Position numbers and translations under genes: made by a program. From Candidatus Hodarchaeota archaeon (lineage in GTDB: Archaea; Asgardarchaeota; Heimdallarchaeia; Hodarchaeales; Hodarchaeaceae), in assembly GCA_016839785.1 (NCBI GenBank), contig JAEOTQ010000236.1, positions 1 through 37,146 of the forward strand: a stretch of DNA of 37,146 bases, in the 5' to 3' direction. This document shows, one piece after another, positions 26,683-36,290 of the stretch. Numbering within the stretch: the first letter of the stretch is position 1; each line of letters begins with the position of its first letter. Below the pieces are notes generated by a model. That model saw only the letters and a program-made list of their open reading frames with translations, searched no databases and was not told where the DNA came from.

Positions 26683-28593
26683 TTAACGAGGATTTTGGCT
26701 ATAAAAAGACTCTTCTGTAAACTCCCAAGTAAGTATGATAATACCACCTTCGCTTTCCATGGTAGCGTTTGTCGCTAGTCCACTTGCGGCAAAATCCTTC
26801 AGTAAATGAATAGCTGCCGCATTTCCCATTATAGTTTCAGTAATAAAACAAGTAATATTTAGTTCTAAAGCTCGTTTTGTTAGATAGCGAAGGAATTCCC
26901 TTGCTAATCCTTTGTTTCGATATTCCTCATGGACTAACAATGAAATCTCAGCTGTCTTGAAGTCATGTAAAATAAAGAAATGGCCAGTGCCAATGATCTT
27001 TTCTGTTGAGATTGGACCTAGGAATGCAGCTATACCCATATCCTGACTAAAATTTATATTTGCTTCTTTTTGTGCTAAACTGTGGGGTAGAGCCCTGATA
27101 GCACTAAAATATCGGGAATACCTACTTTTTTCCGAGACAGAATAGAAGAATCTCCTGAGTTTATCTTCATCACTTGCCAGAATCGGGCGAATGCGCACAC
27201 TAGGCTCCCCGTTCCTCAGTGTGAAGTGTTCTTGGACTTCCATTGGATACATTAGATGTTTCGAGGGATCAGAGTAAATCTGATCTTGGTACATATAGTT
27301 GAGCTCCTTGGCTCTATTAAATAGCTCTTCTCGGAACTTAGGATGCGCTAATTCAATCATAGATAAGACTCTTTCCCGAAGTGAGGCACCATGAAGATAA
27401 GCTATTCCATATTCAGTCACAACATACTCGATATCTGCTCTAGTTATTGCAACTCCCGCGCCTGAACATAAATGAGAGACAATTCGGGAATGTTTACCAT
27501 CACTGGATGTCGAGGGAAGAGCAATAATCGTTTTTCCCCCGGGCGAAAGTTGGGCACCACGATGGAGGTCAACTGCACCCCCAATTCCACTATATAGATA
27601 TGTTCCCAAGCTATCAGCTGCTACTTGTCCTGTTAAGTCTATTTCTAAAGCAGAATTTATTGTCACCATTTTATAATTTTTAGCCACAATATTAGGATCC
27701 AAAACATAATCGGAAGGGTAAAAATGAAAATCTGGGTTATCATTTATAGTATTATATAAACGTTGAGTCCCCATACAGAATGTAGCGACTGTTTTGCCAG
27801 TGTGAATAGTTTTCTTTGCATTAGTTACCACCCCACAATCTAATAATTCCAAAACGGAATCAGTAATAAGTTCAGAATGAATTCCAAGATCTTTTTTTTC
27901 ACAGAGATATTTTGACATTGCGTTGGTAACATTGCCTACACCTATTTGTAGTGTTGACTCATTATCAATCAAACTAGATACATTTCGGGCAACTTTCTCA
28001 ATCTGAGGTGTGATCGAGGGTGGTTTCCATTCTGTCAGAGGACTACTATTCTGAACCATATAGTCGATGTCAGAAGTATGAACAAAACTATTACCATGTG
28101 TCACAGGCATTTCAGGATTAACTTCAGCTATTACGATCTCTGAATTTTCGACTGCAGCCTTTGTAAGATCAACACTTATCCCTAAGCTCACATAACCAGA
28201 TTTATCAGGAACAGAGGTTTGAACAAGGGCAACATCGATTGGTAAGAGTTTCTTTCGGAAAAGATCGGGTATCTTTTGGGATGATACTGGGGTATAGTCT
28301 GCTCTTCCTTCTCTTACAGCTTGACGGATATTATCAGTAATAAATACGCTGTTGTATCTAAAACGTTTTGTATATTGTTCTTTCACGTAGGGGGCTGGGC
28401 CATAAGAAATCACATGATAAATTTCATTATCCTCTGTTTGAATCTCCATCTGTGAAAGATGTAACAATAGAAGTCTGGGCTCTGCACAACCTGTACCAAT
28501 GAAAAGTCTATCACCTGGTTTAATGTGTGAAAGGGCAGCATTGGGCGTAGTGTAATTGGGTTTGTCTGGATCAACTGGTTGGTACGTGTACAA
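26683..28593 (-). CDS. Acetyl-CoA hydrolase/CoA-transferase (AbfT/Ach1 family) fused to a C-terminal GNAT acetyltransferase
   Basis: GTGCAEP, GRADYTP, LQIGVG, LGIHSE, SGIGG and VVTEYGIA; then IRPI.ASD...SRYSRYF...AEISLLVHEEYRNKGLA. Confidence 0.9.
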   Translation of the reverse strand: MYTYQPVDPDKPNYTTPNAALSHIKPGDRLFIGTGCAEPRLLLLHLSQMEIQTEDNEIYHVISYGPAPYVKEQYTKRFRYNSVFITDNIRQAVREGRADYTPVSSQKIPDLFRKKLLPIDVALVQTSVPDKSGYVSLGISVDLTKAAVENSEIVIAEVNPEMPVTHGNSFVHTSDIDYMVQNSSPLTEWKPPSITPQIEKVARNVSSLIDNESTLQIGVGNVTNAMSKYLCEKKDLGIHSELITDSVLELLDCGVVTNAKKTIHTGKTVATFCMGTQRLYNTINDNPDFHFYPSDYVLDPNIVAKNYKMVTINSALEIDLTGQVAADSLGTYLYSGIGGAVDLHRGAQLSPGGKTIIALPSTSSDGKHSRIVSHLCSGAGVAITRADIEYVVTEYGIAYLHGASLRERVLSMIELAHPKFREELFNRAKELNYMYQDQIYSDPSKHLMYPMEVQEHFTLRNGEPSVRIRPILASDEDKLRRFFYSVSEKSRYSRYFSAIRALPHSLAQKEANINFSQDMGIAAFLGPISTEKIIGTGHFFILHDFKTAEISLLVHEEYRNKGLAREFLRYLTKRALELNITCFITETIMGNAAAIHLLKDFAASGLATNATMESEGGIIILTWEFTEESFYSQNPR

Positions 28594-28829
28594 CCACCTT
28601 TGTCTATCATTAGTCTTTTTAGTTGATAAGGTGCAGAATTATTTGTATCAATGATTAAATTGCTGATTTCTTTATATTTTTTCTGTATTGTGAAATAATA
28701 ACGTACATTCTGCTATTCTTATTCTCTTTGTGTTGGTAACCTCTGCTATACTTTAAGTAAACTGTGTAATTAAGTTTATTTATTTTTTGGAGAATTCAGG
28801 TTCGGGAGTGAAAGAATCATGTGAAGAAT

Positions 28830-28843
28830 TGTTCATATGAACA
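28830..28843. promoter_or_regulatory. Perfect 14-bp palindrome in the divergent intergenic region
   Basis: TGTTCATATGAACA. Confidence 0.4.
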
Positions 28844-29041
28844 TATTTTCGCAAATTAAATTCTTTTCTCCATTATTTTAACGATTAACGATCTTAGAGG
28901 AGAAAATTATTTAAAATATTAAACAATATTCATTATTAGATATTAGATTCTTTCTTTAAGTAATCTTATATTTCAGTTATTTTGTATCTAATTTAACTAA
29001 AATTGAACAATTGAAAAGTCTCCTTATGTCAACCCCTAGAC

Positions 29042-29094
29042 TTTATAAGGAATATCACAATGTGATGATGAATCTAATTAAATGTGATTACATT
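29042..29094 (+). promoter_or_regulatory. TATA box followed by two TGTGAT-containing inverted repeats
   Basis: TTTATAAG 29042-29049; ATCACA-A-TGTGAT 29054-29066; AATGT-GATT-ACATT 29081-29094. Confidence 0.5.
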
Positions 29095-29123
29095 CAATTT
29101 CAGCAGGAACTTGGGTCTTAGAA

Positions 29124-32093
29124 ATGAGTAATAGCAACTTAAAACCTGAATTCGTTAAACAAAAGCTTAAAGGAAAAATTAAAGGCGAGATTTTAGTAGA
29201 TGAAATAAGCCGCTACTTCTATTCGACAGATGCAAGTGTCTATCGAATAATGCCCACAGCAGTCATTTATCCTAAGGATAAAGAGGATGTTAAAACAGTA
29301 GTCAGATTTGCGAAAAAGCATGGAATTTCTATACATGCACGCGGGGCTGGATCGGGTTTAGGAGGAGCAAGCCTAGGACCTGGGATAATACTTGCATTTC
29401 GTAGATATATGAATGAAATCATCAGTATAGACGAAGCAAATTCAACCACTACGGTACAACCTGGTGTAATTTGTGGTAATCTTAATCAAAAACTTGCGAA
29501 AATCAAAAAGATTGTATACGTCGATAACTCTTCCGAAAATTATGCATCTATCGGAGGAATGATTGGAACCAATTCCTCTGGAGCTCATGCTGTAAAATAC
29601 GGGTACATGGCGGATTTCGTTCAGGAATTGACTGTTATTCTAAGTAATGGAGAGGAGATTCGTGCGAGACCTGTAGAAATCGGTTCTGAAGAATATAATG
29701 CTATAATTTCCAAAGATACTTTGGAAGCTAAATTGTATAAGTCAACAGTTAAAATGATTGATAATCCTGATACCCAAACTTTGATCACTCAACATTGGCC
29801 CAAGGTTAAAATGAATGTCAGTGGTTATAATCTTAAAGACGTAATTAAGGATAATAAAATCGACTTATCACGATTATTCTTAGGATCAGAAGGAACTTTG
29901 GGGATTGTCGTTGAAGCAAAGATTAAATTTATTCCAAAACCCCAAGCGGTGACCTTAATTGTTATGGATTTTGACTCATTAGCAAAATCTGGAAGAGCAG
30001 TAGATTTATTGGTACGTAAGGTTGGTGTAGCTGCTATTGAACAATTAGGAAAATCTGTGCTTGAGATTGCAGTGGGAATGGACCCTGCGCTAAAAGAATT
30101 TATTCCTGCTGGAGTAGATAATATCCTTTATGTCGAATTTGACGATGTTGATCCAGCAGTTCGAGCAGACAAAGTCAAAAAGGCTCGTGAATTAATTATT
30201 GATCAAGAGAATTTAGCCACTGACATGCGTTTTTCTGATGATCCAGTAGAACAAGCCAGCCTTTGGAAAGTAAGAAAAGACGCAGTTCCGCTTCTGAATA
30301 AGGTACGAGAGCCTCGCCGTATTATGGCGTTTGTCGAAGATCAAACTGTACCTCTAGATCAATTAGGTAATTATATGGTACATCTACGTGAGGAAGTTTT
30401 TCCGAAATATGGACTAAGAGCAGCTATTTATGGTCATGCTGCAAAAGGTCTTGTGCATACACGTCCATTTGTCAATACTAAAGATGGAAACGACCTTGAA
30501 TTAATCAAAAAGGTTGCTGATGAAGTTAATTCCTACGTTATAGGTATTGGCGGATCGATTTCTGGTGAACATAATGATGGATTCGATAGGGTCAATTACA
30601 TTAAACAGATGTATGGAGAAGAAGTATACGAGAAATTTAAAGAACTTAAAAATCTCTATGATCCTGATGTCACCTTTAACCCTGACAATAAGATAACTGA
30701 TAAAGAAGATCTTCTCATCAGTAATCTACGCTTTGGTGCAGAGTACTCTGTTATTCCAGGATTAGAAAAGAATCTGGTTTGGGACGATAACTGGGGTTTT
30801 GAAGAAGTCATTGAATCATGTCATGGTTGTGGAAAATGTACTGTTGATCTTCGTCCTCAAAGAGATTGTCCGATTTATCGAGCGAAGCAGACTACTACAG
30901 GTGAACTTGCCTCCCCAAGAGCACGGGCAAATTTAATGCGAGGAATAATATCTGGCCAGTTGGATTATAGTATTTTACAAACTAAAGAAGCACGACAAGT
31001 GTTGGAAGACTGTGCTGGATGTATGATGTGCAATATTGATTGTCCTTCTAATGTAAATATACCAAAAGTCATGTTTGATGCAAAGATTATGCATTATGGC
31101 AGGTCAAAATGGCCATTTATTGGAAAAATTCCTAAAGGACATTATTTCACTGGAAATTATGAAACAATTGCTAAAGTCGGAAGCACTTTCTCTCCTCTCT
31201 CAAATCTTGGATTATGGGGTCCCAGCAAATATATGATGCAATTATTTGGCGGTGTTCATCGCAAAGCCAATTTCCCGAACTTTACACGAAACACCTTTCA
31301 AAAATGGTTTAAAAAACATGCAAAGAACAATCCTGCCCCGACTAATCCTACTAAAAAGGTAGCTATTTTCCATGGGTGTTTTGCCAATTACACAGAAAAT
31401 AGAGATATCGCAGTAGCCCACGTTCAAGTCTTGGAAAAGAATGGAATCGAAGTAGTGGTCCCAAAAGGGCAGAACTGCTGTGGAATTCCATTACTTTCAA
31501 ACGGACTTGGTCATGTAGCAAGGAAGAAAGGTGAAAACAACGCTAAAATCTTTGCAGAGTATGTAAAACAAGGTTATGATGTCGTTACTCAATGTAGTTC
31601 TTGTTATGCTACTCTCAAAGATGAACTCCATGAAACTCTTGTTGGGAATGATGAATCTAAACTTGTAAGAGATAATACATATTTATTCACCGATTACATT
31701 CTAAAACTACGTGACGAAGGAAAACTGAATACTGATTTTAATGGCAACATGGAGAAAGGACTACGTTTGGGGTATCACGAACCATGTCACTTGATAAGTA
31801 GTGGTATCAAGGGAATTTCAGTTAAAATGCTGCAAAGCCTTGGAACGGTCGATGTGGAACCTCTTAAGACTGAATGCTGTGGCCAGTTAGGTAGCTGGGG
31901 ATTTAAATCAAAGAATTATAAATATGGACAAATTGTTGCAGAGAGGTCATTGTATCCAGAAGCGAATCGAGAAGATATCGATGCCTTAGTAACGGATTGT
32001 CCAACCTGTAAATTACAGCTACAGAATGTTAACAAAGAAATTTATCATCCTACCCAAGTTCTCCGTGATGCTTATGGATTGAATAGAACCTGA
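29124..32093 (+). CDS. FAD-binding, Fe-S and CCG-domain oxidoreductase (GlcD/Dld + GlpC/GlcF fusion; D-2-hydroxyacid dehydrogenase-like)
   Basis: ARGAGSGLGG, GSEGTLG, GHAAKG..H and SGEHNDG; Fe-S motifs CHGCGKC...C and CAGCMMCNIDC; CCG motifs NCCG and ECCG. Confidence 0.92.
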   Translation: MSNSNLKPEFVKQKLKGKIKGEILVDEISRYFYSTDASVYRIMPTAVIYPKDKEDVKTVVRFAKKHGISIHARGAGSGLGGASLGPGIILAFRRYMNEIISIDEANSTTTVQPGVICGNLNQKLAKIKKIVYVDNSSENYASIGGMIGTNSSGAHAVKYGYMADFVQELTVILSNGEEIRARPVEIGSEEYNAIISKDTLEAKLYKSTVKMIDNPDTQTLITQHWPKVKMNVSGYNLKDVIKDNKIDLSRLFLGSEGTLGIVVEAKIKFIPKPQAVTLIVMDFDSLAKSGRAVDLLVRKVGVAAIEQLGKSVLEIAVGMDPALKEFIPAGVDNILYVEFDDVDPAVRADKVKKARELIIDQENLATDMRFSDDPVEQASLWKVRKDAVPLLNKVREPRRIMAFVEDQTVPLDQLGNYMVHLREEVFPKYGLRAAIYGHAAKGLVHTRPFVNTKDGNDLELIKKVADEVNSYVIGIGGSISGEHNDGFDRVNYIKQMYGEEVYEKFKELKNLYDPDVTFNPDNKITDKEDLLISNLRFGAEYSVIPGLEKNLVWDDNWGFEEVIESCHGCGKCTVDLRPQRDCPIYRAKQTTTGELASPRARANLMRGIISGQLDYSILQTKEARQVLEDCAGCMMCNIDCPSNVNIPKVMFDAKIMHYGRSKWPFIGKIPKGHYFTGNYETIAKVGSTFSPLSNLGLWGPSKYMMQLFGGVHRKANFPNFTRNTFQKWFKKHAKNNPAPTNPTKKVAIFHGCFANYTENRDIAVAHVQVLEKNGIEVVVPKGQNCCGIPLLSNGLGHVARKKGENNAKIFAEYVKQGYDVVTQCSSCYATLKDELHETLVGNDESKLVRDNTYLFTDYILKLRDEGKLNTDFNGNMEKGLRLGYHEPCHLISSGIKGISVKMLQSLGTVDVEPLKTECCGQLGSWGFKSKNYKYGQIVAERSLYPEANREDIDALVTDCPTCKLQLQNVNKEIYHPTQVLRDAYGLNRT

Positions 32094-32240
32094 TTAACCA
32101 GGAATCTATTTAAAATCCAATTCTCTTTATTTTCTATGTTATTCAACTTGCAAATACAAAATTTTTTGGTAGCTTTTAATACTTCTAAGTATTGATTTGA
32201 TAACAGAATAAATAAAAAGAAGGATGAAACATTCATCCAT

Positions 32241-33119
32241 TTAGAGATGCTGTTTCACCATATCAGGAATATCCCAAGGAGTCTCGGCAATATTTGCACC
32301 GACAGCAGATAATGCATCAATTTTACCTTGTGCAGTTCCCACATTTCCAGAAATTATAGCTCCAGCATGTCCCATCCTCTTTCCTTCAGGAGCACTCTTC
32401 CCTGCAATGTATGCAATCACTGGTTTATTTACGTTCTGAGCTTCAATATATGCAGCGACCTTTTCTTCTTCATCTCCACCAATTTCCCCGATCAAAACAA
32501 TAATATTTGTTCCATTATCTTTCGCATAGTAGTCAAAAGCTTCCACGAGAGTCGTGCCCCGAATGGGATCCCCTCCAATACCAATGTACGCAGAAACTCC
32601 TACATCCGCATTACCTAAAGCTTTAGCAATTTCATAAGAGAGAGTACCACTCTTAGCAATAGTAGCAACTGTTCCGAAGTGACACATATCTGACGGCATA
32701 ATCCCTAGCTTTATCTTATCGGGAATTAACATCCCAGGAGTATTTGGCCCAATCAGATGTAATCCCTTGGAATGAGCTAATTCAACAAGACGGAGCATAT
32801 CTAGGACGGGAACTCCCTCAGTTATACAACATGTCATATTGATTCCTGCATTTAAGCTCTCTAGTACTGCACCAGATGTAAATCTTGCAGGTACAAAGAT
32901 AATACTCGTATCGGCACCTCGCTCTTTTACAGCTTCTTGAACCGTATTAAATACAGGAACACCAAGTACTTCCTGACCACCTTTCTTAGGAGTAACTCCA
33001 GCAACAATGTTAGTTCCATATTCTTGCATTAACTGCGTATGAAACTTGCCCTGATTTCCTGTAATACCCTGAACGACTACTCGACTATTTTCACTTATGT
33101 GCATTTGATTCTCACCCAA
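32241..33119 (-). CDS. sucD: Succinyl-CoA synthetase alpha subunit (likely start ATG 33104)
   Basis: VVVQGITG, GVTPKKGG, CITEG, IGPN, KSGTLSYE, GIGGD, GEIGG and phospho-His motif RMGHAGA. Confidence 0.95.
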   Translation of the reverse strand: MGENQMHISENSRVVVQGITGNQGKFHTQLMQEYGTNIVAGVTPKKGGQEVLGVPVFNTVQEAVKERGADTSIIFVPARFTSGAVLESLNAGINMTCCITEGVPVLDMLRLVELAHSKGLHLIGPNTPGMLIPDKIKLGIMPSDMCHFGTVATIAKSGTLSYEIAKALGNADVGVSAYIGIGGDPIRGTTLVEAFDYYAKDNGTNIIVLIGEIGGDEEEKVAAYIEAQNVNKPVIAYIAGKSAPEGKRMGHAGAIISGNVGTAQGKIDALSAVGANIAETPWDIPDMVKQHL

Positions 33120-34260
33120 TAACTCCTTTTAACTTTTCTACAGCCGCCATCATGTCCTTGTATGCATCAATTCCAGCATCATTCAAAATTTTGACACCTT
33201 CAGTTTCTTTTGTACCAGTAAGACGTATCACCATTGGAGGTGCATCTGGAAATTCATTTAATGTATGTAAAATTGCATCAGCTACCACATCACATCGTGT
33301 AATTCCACCATAGATATTAATTAACACCGCTTTAGGCTTCATGGTGAATATAAGCTTAAGTGCTTCATAAACACGATCTCGGTCTGCACCACCTCCTACA
33401 TCAAGGAAGTTCATTCCAGCTAGGCCATGCTGTGCTAATACATCAAGTAAGGCCATCGTTAATCCTGCACCATTGGCAAGAATCCCCACTTGACCATCCA
33501 ATTCGACAAAGGAAAACCCAAATTGCAATGCTGTCTTCTCAAGATCAGTTAATTTCTTTTTCTGCAATTCTTGAATAGTAGTCTGCCTAAATACAGCGTT
33601 GTCGTCAAGAATCATTTTGCCGTCAACAGCGAATAATCCAGATGGAGTCAGAACCAGAGGATTAATTTCCACTAATTGTGCCTCTTTAGCAGTTGTGATT
33701 TTCCATAATTTTAGGAAAAGGTCCGAAGCTGAATCTACAAGATCACCTGTGAATCCAAGTCGTTCTGCAACGGATCTTGCGGTCTCTTCCTTCAGGCCTT
33801 CTGTAAGAGAAATATTTTCCTTTATAATTGCTTCTGGTCGAGTGGCTGCTACCTCCTCTATATCGATACCTCCTTCTGCACTTGCAATAAGTACAAATTG
33901 TCTTCCAGAAGTATCGAGTGCAATAGAGCAATAATACTCATGTTTAATCTCTGCTAAGCTCTCTATAAGAATTGCTTCAACCTCATAAGTTCCCACTTTG
34001 CGTGTAAAGTAATCTTTGCACAAGGAAATTCCCTCTTCGCGGGTTTGCACGATTTTAATTAGTCCAGCTTTCTTTCTACTGCCAATTGCTATTTGTGATT
34101 TAACAATAGCTGGAAAATTAAATTGTGTTAGTTTATCTTCCACATTTTCTCCCCTTGTAATGACTAAACGATTGACAAGTGGGAGATCAAATTCGGCAAA
34201 TACTTCTTTAGCTTCATATTCTAGTAAACGTATTGTAAACACCTTCAATAATAATTTCAA
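33112..34260 (-). CDS. sucC: Succinyl-CoA synthetase beta subunit (start uncertain)
   Basis: LLEYEAK, KSQ...R.KAG, EGGIDIEEVA, EINPL, NGAGL.M, NFLDVGGGA and NIYGGITRCD. Confidence 0.95.
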   Translation of the reverse strand: MKLLLKVFTIRLLEYEAKEVFAEFDLPLVNRLVITRGENVEDKLTQFNFPAIVKSQIAIGSRKKAGLIKIVQTREEGISLCKDYFTRKVGTYEVEAILIESLAEIKHEYYCSIALDTSGRQFVLIASAEGGIDIEEVAATRPEAIIKENISLTEGLKEETARSVAERLGFTGDLVDSASDLFLKLWKITTAKEAQLVEINPLVLTPSGLFAVDGKMILDDNAVFRQTTIQELQKKKLTDLEKTALQFGFSFVELDGQVGILANGAGLTMALLDVLAQHGLAGMNFLDVGGGADRDRVYEALKLIFTMKPKAVLINIYGGITRCDVVADAILHTLNEFPDAPPMVIRLTGTKETEGVKILNDAGIDAYKDMMAAVEKLKGVIG

Positions 34261-34276
34261 ATAATTAGAATCTATT

Positions 34277-34300
34277 AAAAAAAAGGAAAAAAAGAAGGGG
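34277..34300 (-). terminator. Oligo-T tract between fumarase beta and sucC
   Basis: Minus strand CCCCTTCTTTTTTTCCTTTTTTTT immediately after the stop codon. Confidence 0.5.
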
Positions 34301-34912
34301 TTAGAAACTAATCCCTAAAAACTCACCAATTTGAGGTAATTTCTTCTGAGCTTCGTCAGCTACGTTCTGAAAAAGACTTTCACCATAGGTATCAATACCA
34401 ACTATCAGAGGACCGAATTTTTCTACATCTAATACCCACAAACATTCAGGAGTTCCTAAATCTAGCCAGTGGACTTCTTTTACTCTCTTGATACCTTTGG
34501 CTGCCACAACAGCTGCACCACCTACAAAAGCAGTATAAACTGCCTTGTATTCTTGCATGGCTTTCACAGTTCTAGCACCCATTCCTCCTTTACCGATGAT
34601 AACATTCACACCAAAAGTTTGAATGAATTCATCTTCAAAGATATCCATTCGTGTAGATGTTGTGGGACCAGCTGCTACAATTTCCCATTGATCGTCAACT
34701 TTTCTCACAACAGGACCACAATGGTAAACTGCCAAGCCTTCAAAGTCAATTGGCATTGATTCTCCTTTTTTGGCCATTTCCAAAGCTCGTTCATGAGCTT
34801 CATCTCGAGCAGTAAAAACAGTACCCGTAACGTAGATAACGTCACCAATTCTAAGTTTTTGTACATCTTCTTTAGTAATGGGAGTTGTAAAATGATATTC
34901 TGCCATGATCAA
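34301..34912 (-). CDS. Class I fumarate hydratase / tartrate dehydratase beta subunit
   Basis: TARDEAH, YHCGP, AAGPTTSTRM and IGKGGM. Confidence 0.93.
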   Translation of the reverse strand: MIMAEYHFTTPITKEDVQKLRIGDVIYVTGTVFTARDEAHERALEMAKKGESMPIDFEGLAVYHCGPVVRKVDDQWEIVAAGPTTSTRMDIFEDEFIQTFGVNVIIGKGGMGARTVKAMQEYKAVYTAFVGGAAVVAAKGIKRVKEVHWLDLGTPECLWVLDVEKFGPLIVGIDTYGESLFQNVADEAQKKLPQIGEFLGISF

Positions 34913-35805
34913 TCCTCCTTATGTGTTAAGAATTCCACTCGACCGTCTTGATAAATCCGAGCTGTCGATTTCCGTGCCGCCCAACATTGAATAGCTATAC
35001 CGACTGGCAATGATGCTGGATGTCTATGTGCATAATCGATTTTAACATCCAATGCAGTCGAAACTTCACCACCTAGACCCATTGAGCCAATACCTGTCAT
35101 GTTTATGGCTTTTAAGAGATCTTTTTCCAGTTGTGCAATTTCGGGTTCAGGGTGTCTTTGTCCTAGCGGACGCATTAATTGCTTCTTTCCTAACTTCAAT
35201 GCAATATCGGCACCACCACCTATTCCAACACCGACAATAACTGGTGGACAGGGTTGTCCCCCTGCGTTTAGAATTGTTTCGATCACAAATTTCTTTATAC
35301 CATTAATTCCTTGACCAGGTTTTAGCATTCCTAAGGCACACATATTTTCTGATCCACCACCTTTCGGAAAAACGGTTATTTCTAGATAATCTGCACCAGG
35401 GATGAAATCATAATTGATATACGGGATATGACGCCCAGTATTATCTCCACTATTTCCTCCAACAATGGGATTTACCGCATTCGGTCTTAATGGAATTTCC
35501 TTTGTTGCCCGAGCAGAAGCTTTCCGCAGTATACTTTCAATACCAAGAACTTTGGGGAAATTCTCTCCAATATTCACATAGTAGATATGAATACCAGTAT
35601 CCTGACACATGGGAGTTGCTGTTTCTTCGGCAATGCCAAAATTATCTACAATTGTCGATAATGCAGCTTTGCTAGGGGGACTTGTTTCGGCTTCTTGCAT
35701 TTTCTTCAATGCTTCAGAGACTTCATTTGGCAATTGTGTTGCTGCAAACTTATGCAATTTTACTGTAGTATCCTCTATTAACTGATAGAAGGTCATTTTA
35801 ATCAC
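34909..35805 (-). CDS. Class I fumarate hydratase / tartrate dehydratase alpha (Fe-S) subunit
   Basis: PMCQDTG, PLRPN, PKGGGSEN, CPP..VGVGIGG, HPASLPV and QCWAAR. Confidence 0.93.
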   Translation of the reverse strand: MIKMTFYQLIEDTTVKLHKFAATQLPNEVSEALKKMQEAETSPPSKAALSTIVDNFGIAEETATPMCQDTGIHIYYVNIGENFPKVLGIESILRKASARATKEIPLRPNAVNPIVGGNSGDNTGRHIPYINYDFIPGADYLEITVFPKGGGSENMCALGMLKPGQGINGIKKFVIETILNAGGQPCPPVIVGVGIGGGADIALKLGKKQLMRPLGQRHPEPEIAQLEKDLLKAINMTGIGSMGLGGEVSTALDVKIDYAHRHPASLPVGIAIQCWAARKSTARIYQDGRVEFLTHKED

Positions 35806-35831
35806 TTAAGTAACGATTAGCTAAGTTAGAT

Positions 35832-35846
35832 CCTAGAATATCTAGG
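35832..35846. promoter_or_regulatory. Inverted repeat upstream of the fumarase/suc operon
   Basis: CCTAGA-ATA-TCTAGG about 30 nt before the start codon. Confidence 0.35.
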
Positions 35847-35938
35847 TTAATCTATTTTAAAACAAGAAATATATAGAAAGGATGTAAAATTTAAATATTA
35901 TCAACTTAAATTGTAGACACTTTGTAAACCTATGAGAC

Positions 35939-36154
35939 TTGAACCTGCCAAATAGCTTAAAGAGATTGGTGATTATTCAGTCGAATATACCACGTGACTT
36001 TACATTCAAAACAATTCTTATAGGGGACACTGCAGTTGGTAAAACAACACTTCCTAGTCATTTTACTCCTAGATCCTTTACTCTGTCATATAAGAAAACT
36101 ATAGGATTTGAAAAATTCAATTTGAAAGGTTTGTTTTATTTTTCTGACGATTAG
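35939..36154 (+). pseudogene. Truncated Rab/Ras-like small GTPase
   Basis: FKTILIGDTAVGKTT (G1) and F...YKKTIG.E (G2/switch I), then a stop. No DxxG or NKxD found downstream. Confidence 0.75.
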
Positions 36155-36210
36155 ATTCCTTTCGATTCTGTACATCGATCTTTTCTCGATTTTTACATTT
36201 TTGTCAGAGC

Positions 36211-36226
36211 AAAAAAGTATATATAT
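36211..36226 (+). promoter_or_regulatory. BRE + TATA box for the final ABC operon
   Basis: AAAAAAG-TATATATAT about 65 nt upstream of ATG 36291; GGTGA SD present. Confidence 0.55.
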
Positions 36227-36290
36227 GTCTTAATTGCATAATATTCGCAAGTATCGAATATATAACAAGCGATACTATTGGTGAAAGAAA

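Noticed and set aside
1556-35675. Many short overlapping or antisense ORFs in the track (e.g. 1556-1780, 3273-3641, 12402-12770, 20738-21136, 23203-23592, 33599-33934)
   Set aside because: They lie wholly or almost wholly within well-supported genes and show no motifs; they are shadow frames.
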